This document shows positions 1 to 7,513 of a stretch of 64,000 bases of DNA, piece after piece. The stretch is from NCBI GenBank assembly GCA_012729395.1, contig JAAYDF010000161.1, positions 3,319 to 67,318 of the forward strand, written 5' to 3'. The DNA is from Phycisphaerae bacterium (lineage in GTDB: Bacteria; Planctomycetota; Phycisphaerae; UBA1845; PWPN01). A program made the position numbers and the translations under genes. How positions within the stretch are numbered: position 1 is the first letter of the stretch; each line of letters opens with the position of its first letter. The notes below the pieces were generated by a model. It worked only from the letters and a program-made list of their open reading frames with translations, did no database searches and was not told the DNA's origin.

Positions 1-18
1 CGTTCGCCCCTTGCCGTT

Positions 19-1206
19 CTACCCGCGCGTGGAGGACGCCGTTGACTCCGCGGGATCACGGATGACTTCCCGATAGAGGGTATCGCGCTCGACCGGGATG
101 CGACCGGCCTCGCGGATCATTCTGCGGATTCGGTCCACGGTGAGTTCCTGATGGGTGCCGCCGGCGGCGTTTTCGCGTCGGGTGATGTCGTAGTGCACGA
201 CCGTGCCGTCGAGGTCGTCCACGCCCCAGTCGAGGCTGACCTGGGCGAGCTTGGGACTCTGCATGATCCAGAATGCCTTGATGTGGGGCACGTTGTCCAG
301 CACGAGCCGGCTGATGGCCAACGTCTTGAGATCGTCGAGCCCCGTCGGGCCAGGCAGGTGGGCCAGGTCGCTGCCGTCGGGAATGAACGAAAGCGGGATG
401 AGGCAGTTGAAGTGGGCCGGCCTGCCCGCCAGCGACGCGTCTTGGTGCTCGCGCAGCTTGAGGAGGTGTCGCACGCGCTCCTCGGGCGACTCGACGTGGC
501 CGTAAAGCATGGTGGCGTTGCTGAAGATGCCCAGCTCGTGGGCGGTCCGGTGCACGTCGAACCAGCCCGCCTCCCCCACTTTGCTCTTGAAGGCTTCCTC
601 GTGAACGCGATCGTCGAAGATCTCGGCCCCGCCGCCCGGCAGACTGCCCAGCCCCGCTGCCCGCAAGCGCTCGAGAACCTCGCGGATGCTCAGACGCGGC
701 CGGCTGATCCGCGTGAAGTGGATGATCTCGATGGCGGTAAAAGCCTTGATGTGCAGGCCCGGGCACGCCTCCCGGATCGACCGGCACATCTCCTCGTAGT
801 AGGCGAACGGCAGCCGCGGATGTAGCCCGCCCACGATGTGCACTTCCGTGGCTCCGTGGTCCGCCGCCTCGCGGGCTTGAGTCACAACCTCATCCACCGT
901 CAGCTCGTACCCTCCCCTTGAGAAAGGGGTCAGAAGCCCTTTCGCTGGACGAGCACCGTCCGACGCCCCCGCGGCGACAAGGTTCCTGGCACCTTGTGCC
1001 GGGGCATACGGCCGAGCGAACGAGCAGAACCGACACCGCAGGACGCAGTAGTTCGTGTAGTTGATATGGCGATTGACGTTGTAGTAAACCCGCCGGCCGT
1101 GTAGTCGCTCCCGCACCAGATTGGCCAACTCGCCCAGTTGGTGGATGTCCGACGACTGGAACAACCGCACGCCGTCTTCGAGTGTCAGGCGTTCGCCCGC
1201 CCGCAC
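19..1206 (-). CDS. mqnE: Radical-SAM aminofutalosine synthase (MqnE/MqnC/CofH family; menaquinone via futalosine)
   Basis: Track ORF 19..1323(-). Motifs NYTNYC, the CVLRCRFC radical-SAM cluster, GGLHP, and a C-terminal ..RDTLYREV. MqnE is preferred over MqnC from memory of family patterns. The first 39 codons of the track ORF (..KWCQDDF..KNHPDT..) are only the translation of inverted-repeat element A, so I start at the in-frame GTG at 1204-1206 (VRAGERLTLEDG..). The gene carries a roughly 27-aa repeat-derived in-frame insert (see 920..1000). Confidence 0.8.
   Translation of the reverse strand: MRAGERLTLEDGVRLFQSSDIHQLGELANLVRERLHGRRVYYNVNRHINYTNYCVLRCRFCSFARPYAPAQGARNLVAAGASDGARPAKGLLTPFSRGGYELTVDEVVTQAREAADHGATEVHIVGGLHPRLPFAYYEEMCRSIREACPGLHIKAFTAIEIIHFTRISRPRLSIREVLERLRAAGLGSLPGGGAEIFDDRVHEEAFKSKVGEAGWFDVHRTAHELGIFSNATMLYGHVESPEERVRHLLKLREHQDASLAGRPAHFNCLIPLSFIPDGSDLAHLPGPTGLDDLKTLAISRLVLDNVPHIKAFWIMQSPKLAQVSLDWGVDDLDGTVVHYDITRRENAAGGTHQELTVDRIRRMIREAGRIPVERDTLYREVIRDPAESTASSTRG
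920..1000. repeat. Decayed copy (E) of the GGTGTCAGGA inverted-repeat element, embedded in-frame in mqnE
   Basis: Left arm gaaaggggtcagaagccctttc (922..943) and right arm acaaggttcctggcaccttgtg (977..998) resemble the arms of copy C (aaaggtgtcaggaaccttt / aaaggttcctgacaccttt). The loops share gct(c/g)gacga and cg(a/t)cgccc strings. It encodes ..YAPAQGARNLVAAGASDGARPAKGLLTPFSRG.. on the minus strand. Confidence 0.6.
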
Positions 1207-1226
1207 CTTGGCCGCAATCTCACCGC

Positions 1227-1304
1227 AAAGGGTGTCAGGATGATTTTTCTGGGGCCCGCAACCCCCGCTGGCGCCCCCGCAAAAATCATCCTGACACCAT
1301 TTTT
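1227..1304. repeat. Inverted-repeat (MITE/REP-like) element, copy A
   Basis: Perfect 18-bp arms ggtgtcaggatgattttt (1231..1248) and aaaaatcatcctgacacc (1281..1298) with a 32-nt GC-rich loop. It fills the spacer between the stop of 1304..2092 and the mqnE start. Confidence 0.85.
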
Positions 1305-2092
1305 CAGGCGAGCGACTGCACATGGGATAGGGCCTCCGCCAAACCTTCCAAGGGATCCTCGCGACCGCTGACCTCGAAGTCGATCACAAACCAACCATCG
1401 TACCCCGCGTGCCGGGCCTGCCGGAGTACGCCGCCTAGGTTTACCTCCCCCTGCCCCACGGGGACCGGCCGGTGGCCAATGCAATCACCTAGATGGACAC
1501 AGCCAACCAAGTCGCCGAACTCCGCCACAACATCCAGGGGGTTCACCGCCGACGCGTGAAACTGGGCGGCGTCCAACAAGACACGCACGTTCCCGGCCCG
1601 CGCCGCCTCCACCAAATACCGCAAATCCTCGATTTGCTCGATTCGCGTGCCGCGCCAGTTCGCCAAGTTCACAGACATTCCGAGCGGCCGTGCGGCCTCA
1701 GCCACCGCCGCGACCGCCCGAACCAGCACTTCCCGCCCTTGTTCTCCGCGATCGTACGCGAACAGATTGCAGCTCGCGCACCCCGTTTCAGCGATGCAGG
1801 CCAAGTGATCGCACAATGCCTTCGTCGCCGCGGGTTGATCCTCGCCATCGTCCACACCGACAAACTGTGGCAGGTTGATCCCGGTCAGCGCCAAGCTCTT
1901 GTCCGCGAGCAGGTCGCGCAGGCACCGACCTGGGTTGGCTTGGTCGGCGAATGCCCGCTCAACCTGCGACCAGTACAACTCAACACCCGCTGCCCCGGCT
2001 TGCCTGATGAACTCGAGCCCGCCGGCCAAAGGGAAGCTGCGGAGTACCTGGGCCATCAGCCCCCGTGTACTGCAAGCCAGTTTCGGCGTCAT
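1304..2092 (-). CDS. Sugar phosphate isomerase/epimerase (xylose isomerase-like TIM barrel)
   Basis: 262-aa ORF with the pattern of the AP-endonuclease-2 / xylose-isomerase-like TIM-barrel family (..AGVELYW.., ..CVHLGD.., GEVNLGGVLRQARHAGYDGWFVIDFE). Confidence 0.75.
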   Translation of the reverse strand: MTPKLACSTRGLMAQVLRSFPLAGGLEFIRQAGAAGVELYWSQVERAFADQANPGRCLRDLLADKSLALTGINLPQFVGVDDGEDQPAATKALCDHLACIAETGCASCNLFAYDRGEQGREVLVRAVAAVAEAARPLGMSVNLANWRGTRIEQIEDLRYLVEAARAGNVRVLLDAAQFHASAVNPLDVVAEFGDLVGCVHLGDCIGHRPVPVGQGEVNLGGVLRQARHAGYDGWFVIDFEVSGREDPLEGLAEALSHVQSLA

Positions 2093-2210
2093 GGTTCACC
2101 CACCCGCAGCCAAGCGTCCTGTTCACCCAAGCCATTCGACCATTAACACGCGTCTGGGTCAACCAATCGCGACCCGAACGCGTTGCCAGCATGCTCACTG
2201 GTGGATGCGC

Positions 2211-2247
2211 ATAAGAAGAGACAGGCCGCACCCGATGGATACGGCCT
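2211..2247 (-). terminator. Possible intrinsic terminator downstream of the PEP-CTERM gene
   Basis: Read on the minus strand: AGGCCG tatccatcgggtg CGGCCT followed by gtctcttcttat (pyrimidine/T-rich). It lies about 70 nt after the stop at 2316. The stem is only 6 bp, with a possible inner CC/GG pair. Confidence 0.3.
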
Positions 2248-2315
2248 GCCTCGCTGTGTCGTCTCAGTCATCCGCCTGGGGCTTTGGCGCACCCGGCGGC
2301 CACATGCTCACCGGT

Positions 2316-3665
2316 TCACTTCACCCGCCGCCGGAGCCTCAACAGAGGCAGCGCCAAGCCGAGCAGGGCCACCGTCGCAGGCTCAGGAATCTGCGAGAAG
2401 GTCTGATCGATGAACGAGATGGTCGTGAAACCTCTCGCACCGCCGTACAGCTCAATTGTCTTTTCGACGTGCAGTTTCTTAAACGCCGCGTCGAAGAGAT
2501 CATGGTCGTTCAGCGGGCTGGGCGTTGCCACCGACGCTGAGCCAACCGGCGTGTTCTCGTAGTAGACCGTCTCGGTCACTTGAGCGTACCCGGCGGGATC
2601 GGTTGCCATGCCGTTGAAAACCAGGCTGATGTCATGGATCCAGAGATTCGGATCCACCACCGTGACGTCATATCCGATCGTCACAGTCACGGCGCTGTCC
2701 GGTACCAGATTCGAACGGGCGGCCAGCAGGCCCGCAAAACGAATGCCGATCTCGTCACCAATACTGATAGCCGCAACGTCGATGGCGGCGGGGTTGGCAA
2801 TGTATGCCCCGGTGCCCGACACCGAGAAGGTGAAGTTCTCGAACAGCTTGTCCACGACCAGTATCGACTGCCCTTCGTCGATGATCTGCTCCAGCGGTAC
2901 GGCGTGTACGCGGCCGGGAGCAGCCAGCATCGAAACCGTCAGGAGCACAACGATCGCCGGAACCGAAGCTTTCGTCGCCATGCGGGCCAGCTTTCGCGGC
3001 CTCAGCAGCACAAGAGCCCCCAGCGCGAGGAAGGACAGCGTCGCGGGCTCCGGGATTTCCTGCGGGAAGAGTTGCTCAACCCAGGTGATGTAGCTGCCTT
3101 CGGTGAGCCCGCCGACCGCGACCATGTCCTTGACGATGTGCAGGGTGGAATACAGCTCAGGAAGCGGCACGGTCACGCTGGTCGGCCCACCGGGAACCTG
3201 CACACTCATCTGAGCCACAACCGCCAAGGCGTTCCGGGCGGTCTCCACCACTTGGGCGAAGCCTTCTGCCGGCGCGGAACCAGCGAACGCCAGATCGATC
3301 TCCGCGATGCCATAGAGAGGATTGAGCACCGCCACATCGAAGCTCAGCAGGACGTCGACGAAGGAGTTGGGGTCCGCCGAGAGGATTGGCGCCCCGGTCG
3401 CGGTGTCAAACCGCAGCCCGTAATCATTGCCCACGGTGATGCCGTTCACCTCGATCTGCGAAGGGTCGGCAACGTAGGTACCGATTCCTGTCACGACGAC
3501 ATCGAAGTTATAGAACAGCTTGTCGCCTTCCACGATGACACCGTTGCTGTCGATCAGGCTCTGGAGCGGCACCGCGTAAGCCGATGCCGCAAGGAACGCC
3601 AGAACCACAGACGACAGCAAGAACCTGCCCGCAACCGACCCTCGACCGGTGGATGAATGAATCAT
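2316..3665 (-). CDS. Tandem-duplicated PEP-CTERM protein (two signal peptide + domain + PEP-CTERM units in one ORF)
   Basis: Track ORF 2316..3704. The likely start is ATG 3665 (MIHSS..), preceded by gggagagagagg. Unit 1 has signal peptide ..LAFLAASAYA|VPL and ends IPEPATLSFLALGALVLLRPRKLAR. Unit 2 begins immediately at ATG 2981 (MATKASVPAIVVLLTVSMLAAPGRVHA|VPL) and ends IPEPATVALLGLALPLLRLRRRVK*. The two halves are clearly paralogous. Confidence 0.75.
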   Translation of the reverse strand: MIHSSTGRGSVAGRFLLSSVVLAFLAASAYAVPLQSLIDSNGVIVEGDKLFYNFDVVVTGIGTYVADPSQIEVNGITVGNDYGLRFDTATGAPILSADPNSFVDVLLSFDVAVLNPLYGIAEIDLAFAGSAPAEGFAQVVETARNALAVVAQMSVQVPGGPTSVTVPLPELYSTLHIVKDMVAVGGLTEGSYITWVEQLFPQEIPEPATLSFLALGALVLLRPRKLARMATKASVPAIVVLLTVSMLAAPGRVHAVPLEQIIDEGQSILVVDKLFENFTFSVSGTGAYIANPAAIDVAAISIGDEIGIRFAGLLAARSNLVPDSAVTVTIGYDVTVVDPNLWIHDISLVFNGMATDPAGYAQVTETVYYENTPVGSASVATPSPLNDHDLFDAAFKKLHVEKTIELYGGARGFTTISFIDQTFSQIPEPATVALLGLALPLLRLRRRVK

Positions 3666-3852
3666 GATTCCTCTCTCTCCCGTGGCATCACGCCGAGCAA
3701 CCACAGCCGCCCGATGTGCGCGTCTATCTCCATATCGTCATGCCAAGCACAACGCCGTGATTAAAGGAATCACTTGGAGGTGGACGCCTGCTCTCTCTCC
3801 TGCTTCTCCTGGTGCGAGCGATCCCCGCCCACACCTACTCTCTCAGCTGCTC

Positions 3853-3881
3853 ATTATAAGCCATGGTGAAAAGCAAGTCAA
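3853..3881 (-). promoter_or_regulatory. Near-consensus sigma70-type promoter for the PEP-CTERM gene
   Basis: The minus strand reads TTGACT, a 17-nt spacer, then TATAAT (plus-strand attata at 3853..3858 and agtcaa at 3876..3881), within a locally AT-rich patch. This would give a leader of about 180 nt to the start at 3665. Confidence 0.4.
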
Positions 3882-4077
3882 ACAATCTTTTACCCAGAGC
3901 GGCCGCGTTTTGCGAACTGTCCACTCGCCCCGGCCTTTGCATATCCCCATGTGCTCCATTTTACGGAGGCGTCGCGGGCGAGCACGCAACCCCTTAATAG
4001 ACAGAGACTTGCACGACGCGGGGCACGGGACTGGCTACCACTCGGAGAAGCGAGCTGCGGTTCCCGCCTGCCCGCCG

Positions 4078-4268
4078 CGACCGAATCGCAGGCTGGAAAC
4101 CGACGCCCCCCAGAAAAGCGCACCATAAACCAACGAAGCCCCCCTGCCAGTCCGCGGCCGGCCGTTCACGGGAATGGGTAGGCGACCAGCAATCGCAAGG
4201 CGTAGCGGTCGCCCCCCGTGGCGACCGGCGTTCACGGGCACTCGTCGGCGACGGGCAATCGCAGGCGG
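4078..4268. repeat. Cluster of short degenerate dispersed repeats and hairpin units
   Basis: (g/c)aatcgca(a)ggc occurs three times (about 4083, 4189, 4255). ggc(c/g)ttcacggg occurs twice (4159, 4227). The hairpin unit cgtagcGGTCGCCccccgtGGCGACc (4201..4226) recurs at 53166..53194. Confidence 0.45.
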
Positions 4269-4795
4269 AAGCCCTCTTCGCCAACGACAAAGCGGATCAG
4301 CATCTCCGTCCGGCTACCCGGCCAATCCTCATCTTCAGTGGCAACCTGCCAGCAGGCATTCAGGAATTGGGGATCACCACAGTCGGCCAGATGGAGGGTT
4401 TTCGGACCTGCCGAGGTTCCGAACACGAGAAAGGGCTCGCGGACCGACTCGAGTGGCCGATCATCCAGCGTGAGGAAGTAGACTCGGAGGCGACGTTTCA
4501 CCTCATCCATCACCCACTCGATTTGGCCTCGGCTCGCCGGGATCAACAGCAGCCGCCCGCCGTGCGGCCCCGCCGGCTTCTCGTCCGCAACTTCTTCCGG
4601 GGCGGAGGTGGTCGTGGCAACTCCAACGCCTTGTTCCGGAACGTCGGATCCTCCACGACAACCAACCAGCCCCAACGTACCGGCCATGCAGAAAGCCATG
4701 ACCGTTCCGAAACACACACGTTCCGCGCCGCCACACGTGCTGGTCCGCGTACGCGACGTGAGCTGGTCGCCCTGCCTGGCCTGGTACGTAGCCAT
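4232..4795 (-). CDS. Hypothetical lipoprotein
   Basis: 187-aa ORF. A ggagag SD-like motif sits 5-6 nt upstream of ATG 4795. The lipobox-like sequence ..AGTLGLVGC follows a hydrophobic segment. No recognisable family. The 3' end runs into the repeat cluster. Confidence 0.55.
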   Translation of the reverse strand: MATYQARQGDQLTSRTRTSTCGGAERVCFGTVMAFCMAGTLGLVGCRGGSDVPEQGVGVATTTSAPEEVADEKPAGPHGGRLLLIPASRGQIEWVMDEVKRRLRVYFLTLDDRPLESVREPFLVFGTSAGPKTLHLADCGDPQFLNACWQVATEDEDWPGSRTEMLIRFVVGEEGFRLRLPVADECP

Positions 4796-4858
4796 TGGAC
4801 TCTCTCCGCGATGCGGGTGACACCCAAGGGGGAAAGGATACAGGGTAAAGGCTGAAGG

Positions 4859-6202
4859 CTAAAGGCGCGAGGCGATGGCCTGAATCTGTCCCACGAGTTC
4901 GTCGGCGCGCTCACGGGTGGCGGCCTCGGCGATGATGCGGATGATGGGCTCGGTGTTGGAGCCGCGGACGTGGACCCAGCCGTCGGCAAAGTCCACGCGA
5001 ACGCCGTCGCTGTCGTTGACCTTTTCCTGCCGGTACCTCTCGCGAACGGCGGCCAAGACACGGGCGATGCGTTCCTGGGTACACTCGAACTTCGTCTTGA
5101 GCATGACGTACCGCGGGATCTCATCGACGAGGGTGCTGAGCCGCTTGCCGGTGCGAGCCATGAGTTGCAGGACAATCGCCATGGCCACAAGGCTGTCGCG
5201 GACCACGCCGACGCGCGGGTCGATCACCCCACCGTTTCCCTCTCCGCCAAAGACGCAACCGTGCTGCTTCATAGTGGCGACGACGTTGGCCTCGCCCACA
5301 GGGGACCGGTAGACGCGACAGGGGCCGCCGGCGGCGGCAAGATCGTCGATCATCCGCGAGGTGGAGAGGTTGGCGGCGGCCGACCCGGGGTGGGTCTCGA
5401 ACATGTACCTGGCCTGCAAAGCCAGGGTGTATTCCTCGCCGACGTAGCGTCCGGTCTCATCCACAATGGCGAGGCGATCGGCGTCCGGATCTTGGGCGAA
5501 ACCAGCACAAGCCCCCTCGCGGCGGACGGCGTCGCACAGGTCGGTGAGGTTCTCCGCCAGCGGCTCGGGCGTATGGGCGAACAGGCCGGTCGGCTCGCCG
5601 TTGAGGTGAGCGACGCGGCAGCCGAGCTGTTCGAGAAGCATGAGCCCCTCTTCGCCGCCGGCACCGTTGACGCTGTCGAGGACGACATGGAAGCCGCGGG
5701 CGGCGATGCCGGGTTGATCGACAATGCCCAGAGCGGCCTGGACGTGTGTGCGAGCGGCGGTGGGCTCGACGCGGGGTTTGTGGACGCTGGTGGCGTCGAC
5801 CAGTTTGAAGGCCCGGCTTTGATGCAGATCGAAAAGCTGGCGAGCCCGTTCCGGTGGCGGAGCCAAGCCCTCGTCGGTAAGGAACTTGATGCCGTTGTAG
5901 GGGATTGGGTTGTGGCTTGCGGTGATGACGATACCGCCGGCGGCGTGGAGGCGACTGACCATGAGGGCGATGGCAGGCGTGGAGGCCACGCCGAGCAGGA
6001 CGGGCTCGCACCCGGTGGCGAGCAAGCCGGCCACGACGGCAGCCTCGATCATCGGCCCGCTGGGGCGGGAGTCTCGCCCGATGACCACCTGTCGGCCGCC
6101 CAGGAGCGTGCCGAACGCACAACCCAAATCCACAGCCAAGCCGGGCGTCAATGTCTGCCCCACGACGCCCCGCACGCCGGAAACACTCATCATCAAAGCC
6201 AT
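4859..6202 (-). CDS. glmM: Phosphoglucosamine mutase / alpha-D-phosphohexomutase family
   Basis: 447 aa. N-terminal SVSGVRGVVG, the active-site loop TASHNP (phosphoserine), and four-domain length. The start ATG overlaps the upstream gene's stop (ATGA at 6200-6204). Confidence 0.8.
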   Translation of the reverse strand: MALMMSVSGVRGVVGQTLTPGLAVDLGCAFGTLLGGRQVVIGRDSRPSGPMIEAAVVAGLLATGCEPVLLGVASTPAIALMVSRLHAAGGIVITASHNPIPYNGIKFLTDEGLAPPPERARQLFDLHQSRAFKLVDATSVHKPRVEPTAARTHVQAALGIVDQPGIAARGFHVVLDSVNGAGGEEGLMLLEQLGCRVAHLNGEPTGLFAHTPEPLAENLTDLCDAVRREGACAGFAQDPDADRLAIVDETGRYVGEEYTLALQARYMFETHPGSAAANLSTSRMIDDLAAAGGPCRVYRSPVGEANVVATMKQHGCVFGGEGNGGVIDPRVGVVRDSLVAMAIVLQLMARTGKRLSTLVDEIPRYVMLKTKFECTQERIARVLAAVRERYRQEKVNDSDGVRVDFADGWVHVRGSNTEPIIRIIAEAATRERADELVGQIQAIASRL

Positions 6203-7416
6203 CAGCGGAAGTTCCCTAGATCGCGGCGGACGAGCACTTTGCGCAACAAGAGGTAGTTGAATCCCTTGTAGGTCGTGATCTCGCCGCTGACCATGAATAC
6301 GCCGCCCTGAGCCGTCCCGGAGGACAAGGTTACAGCGGTCTCGAGCAGTCGGCTGGGTAACACGCGGATGGGCGGCCGACTGGCGTCCCGACCGCGATCC
6401 TCAAACGCCAGCGACCACCATTGCTCGCCGGCGGGTACAAGCCGCCCGAGCTGATCAACCATGATGGTGCCCTCGGGCAGTATATGGACGGGGGCCGCGT
6501 CCGGGTCATCTGGCACATTCGATCTGAGTGGCGATTGCTCCTGCGTCGTCGGAGCAGGGAAGTCCGCCACCTCGGGTTCTTCCTTGGGCAATACAACGGC
6601 CCGCAGCGGCTTGGTTTCCATCAGCTGACGGATGATATCCTGGGGGCTTGGTTCGACTGGCGGCTCAGCGTCGGGGGCCACGTCCTCTGACGCGGGCGGA
6701 GAGGTTGCCGGTGCCGGCACACTGTCCGCGGGCGGCGGAGTTGGCGGTGCCGTCAAGACCTCGGCGACATGCTCGATCAGCAGGTAGTTCGCCCCAAGGT
6801 ACTCGGTCACGCGCCCGGTCAGCACGAATTGCGAGGTCTCTTGCGTTTCTGCCAGGACGGATTCAACCAAGGCGAGGTGCTGATTCGGCAGAAGTCGCAG
6901 CGGCGGCGGATCCACCATGCCGGGCTGCGGCAGGAGGTGGGCGACATGCCAATCGTCCTCGTGCTTGATGTACGCCGGCCGCGAACCGATCACGTATCCT
7001 TCGGGCAGGCGGCGTATTTCGGCGGCGGGCTTGGCGATCATGGCCCCGGAGCGCTCCGTAGCTTCGCGCCCCGGCTCAGCAGGCTCTGACGGCAACACAA
7101 CGCTGGGTCTGCGATGACGATCGAGGAAGTCATCGGGCACACGGTGCGTGCTGCCATACGCCGGGGCGTCGTCCCGATCAGCGTCCACCGGCACTCCTGT
7201 GCCGGGCACCTGGGCGAACACCGGGACGGCCAGCAGGGCCGGCAGCCATCGACTCCAACCTGCGCGTCTGCGTCTCACCGTCTGCGAACCTCCCGCGTTG
7301 CCGCTCACTGGCCCGCTGAACCTCACCGCCCTGCCAAGCCGAAACACCCTCAACGGCCGCATCCGCCCATTATCATGCCGCATGGCCAAGCAGTTGGCAA
7401 CCGGCCCAGCTTGCAT
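6202..7416 (-). CDS. Hypothetical secreted Pro-rich protein with an internal domain duplication
   Basis: 404-aa ORF with the signal-like segment ..WSRWLPALLAVPVFAQ. Two similar segments (..FVLTGRVTEYLGANYLLIEHV.. and ..FMVSGEITTYKGFNYLLLRKV..) are separated by a P/A/E-rich linker. It is translationally coupled to glmM. The start position is uncertain. Confidence 0.6.
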   Translation of the reverse strand: MQAGPVANCLAMRHDNGRMRPLRVFRLGRAVRFSGPVSGNAGGSQTVRRRRAGWSRWLPALLAVPVFAQVPGTGVPVDADRDDAPAYGSTHRVPDDFLDRHRRPSVVLPSEPAEPGREATERSGAMIAKPAAEIRRLPEGYVIGSRPAYIKHEDDWHVAHLLPQPGMVDPPPLRLLPNQHLALVESVLAETQETSQFVLTGRVTEYLGANYLLIEHVAEVLTAPPTPPPADSVPAPATSPPASEDVAPDAEPPVEPSPQDIIRQLMETKPLRAVVLPKEEPEVADFPAPTTQEQSPLRSNVPDDPDAAPVHILPEGTIMVDQLGRLVPAGEQWWSLAFEDRGRDASRPPIRVLPSRLLETAVTLSSGTAQGGVFMVSGEITTYKGFNYLLLRKVLVRRDLGNFR

Positions 7417-7421
7417 TCTGA

Positions 7422-7502
7422 GAAAAGGGTGTCAGGATGAATTTTCAGCCGAGTGTCCTGGCGAGGGCGATCCCTGAAAAAATCATCCTGACACCATTTT
7501 TG
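7422..7502. repeat. Inverted-repeat element, copy B
   Basis: Arms ggtgtcaggatgaatttt (7428..7445) and aaaaaatcatcctgacacc (7477..7495) with a 31-nt loop. It lies in the divergent promoter region, and its right end abuts the GGAGGA SD (7502..7507) of the beta-helix gene. Confidence 0.85.
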
Positions 7503-7513
7503 GAGGATCGGCG

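Noticed and set aside
1207-1323. N-terminal 39 codons of track ORF 19..1323 (MCSRSPEKWCQDDFCGG..KNHPDTLCGEIAAK)
   Set aside because: This stretch is the literal translation of inverted-repeat element A. The same peptide strings appear wherever the element occurs. The conserved MqnE N-terminus begins near GTG 1206.
3664-4128. 154-aa plus-strand ORF and other 60-100-aa ORFs in the 3.7-4.3 kb spacer
   Set aside because: They run through the promoter/leader region and the degenerate repeat cluster. They lack SD motifs and any family pattern, and their composition is R/P/A/S-rich.
4970-6256. 428-aa plus-strand ORF (and the nested 5457..6122 and 5350..5724 minus-strand ORFs)
   Set aside because: It is antisense to or out of frame with the phosphohexomutase gene, which has the TASHNP active site. 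The sequences are low-complexity and R/G/A/H-rich.
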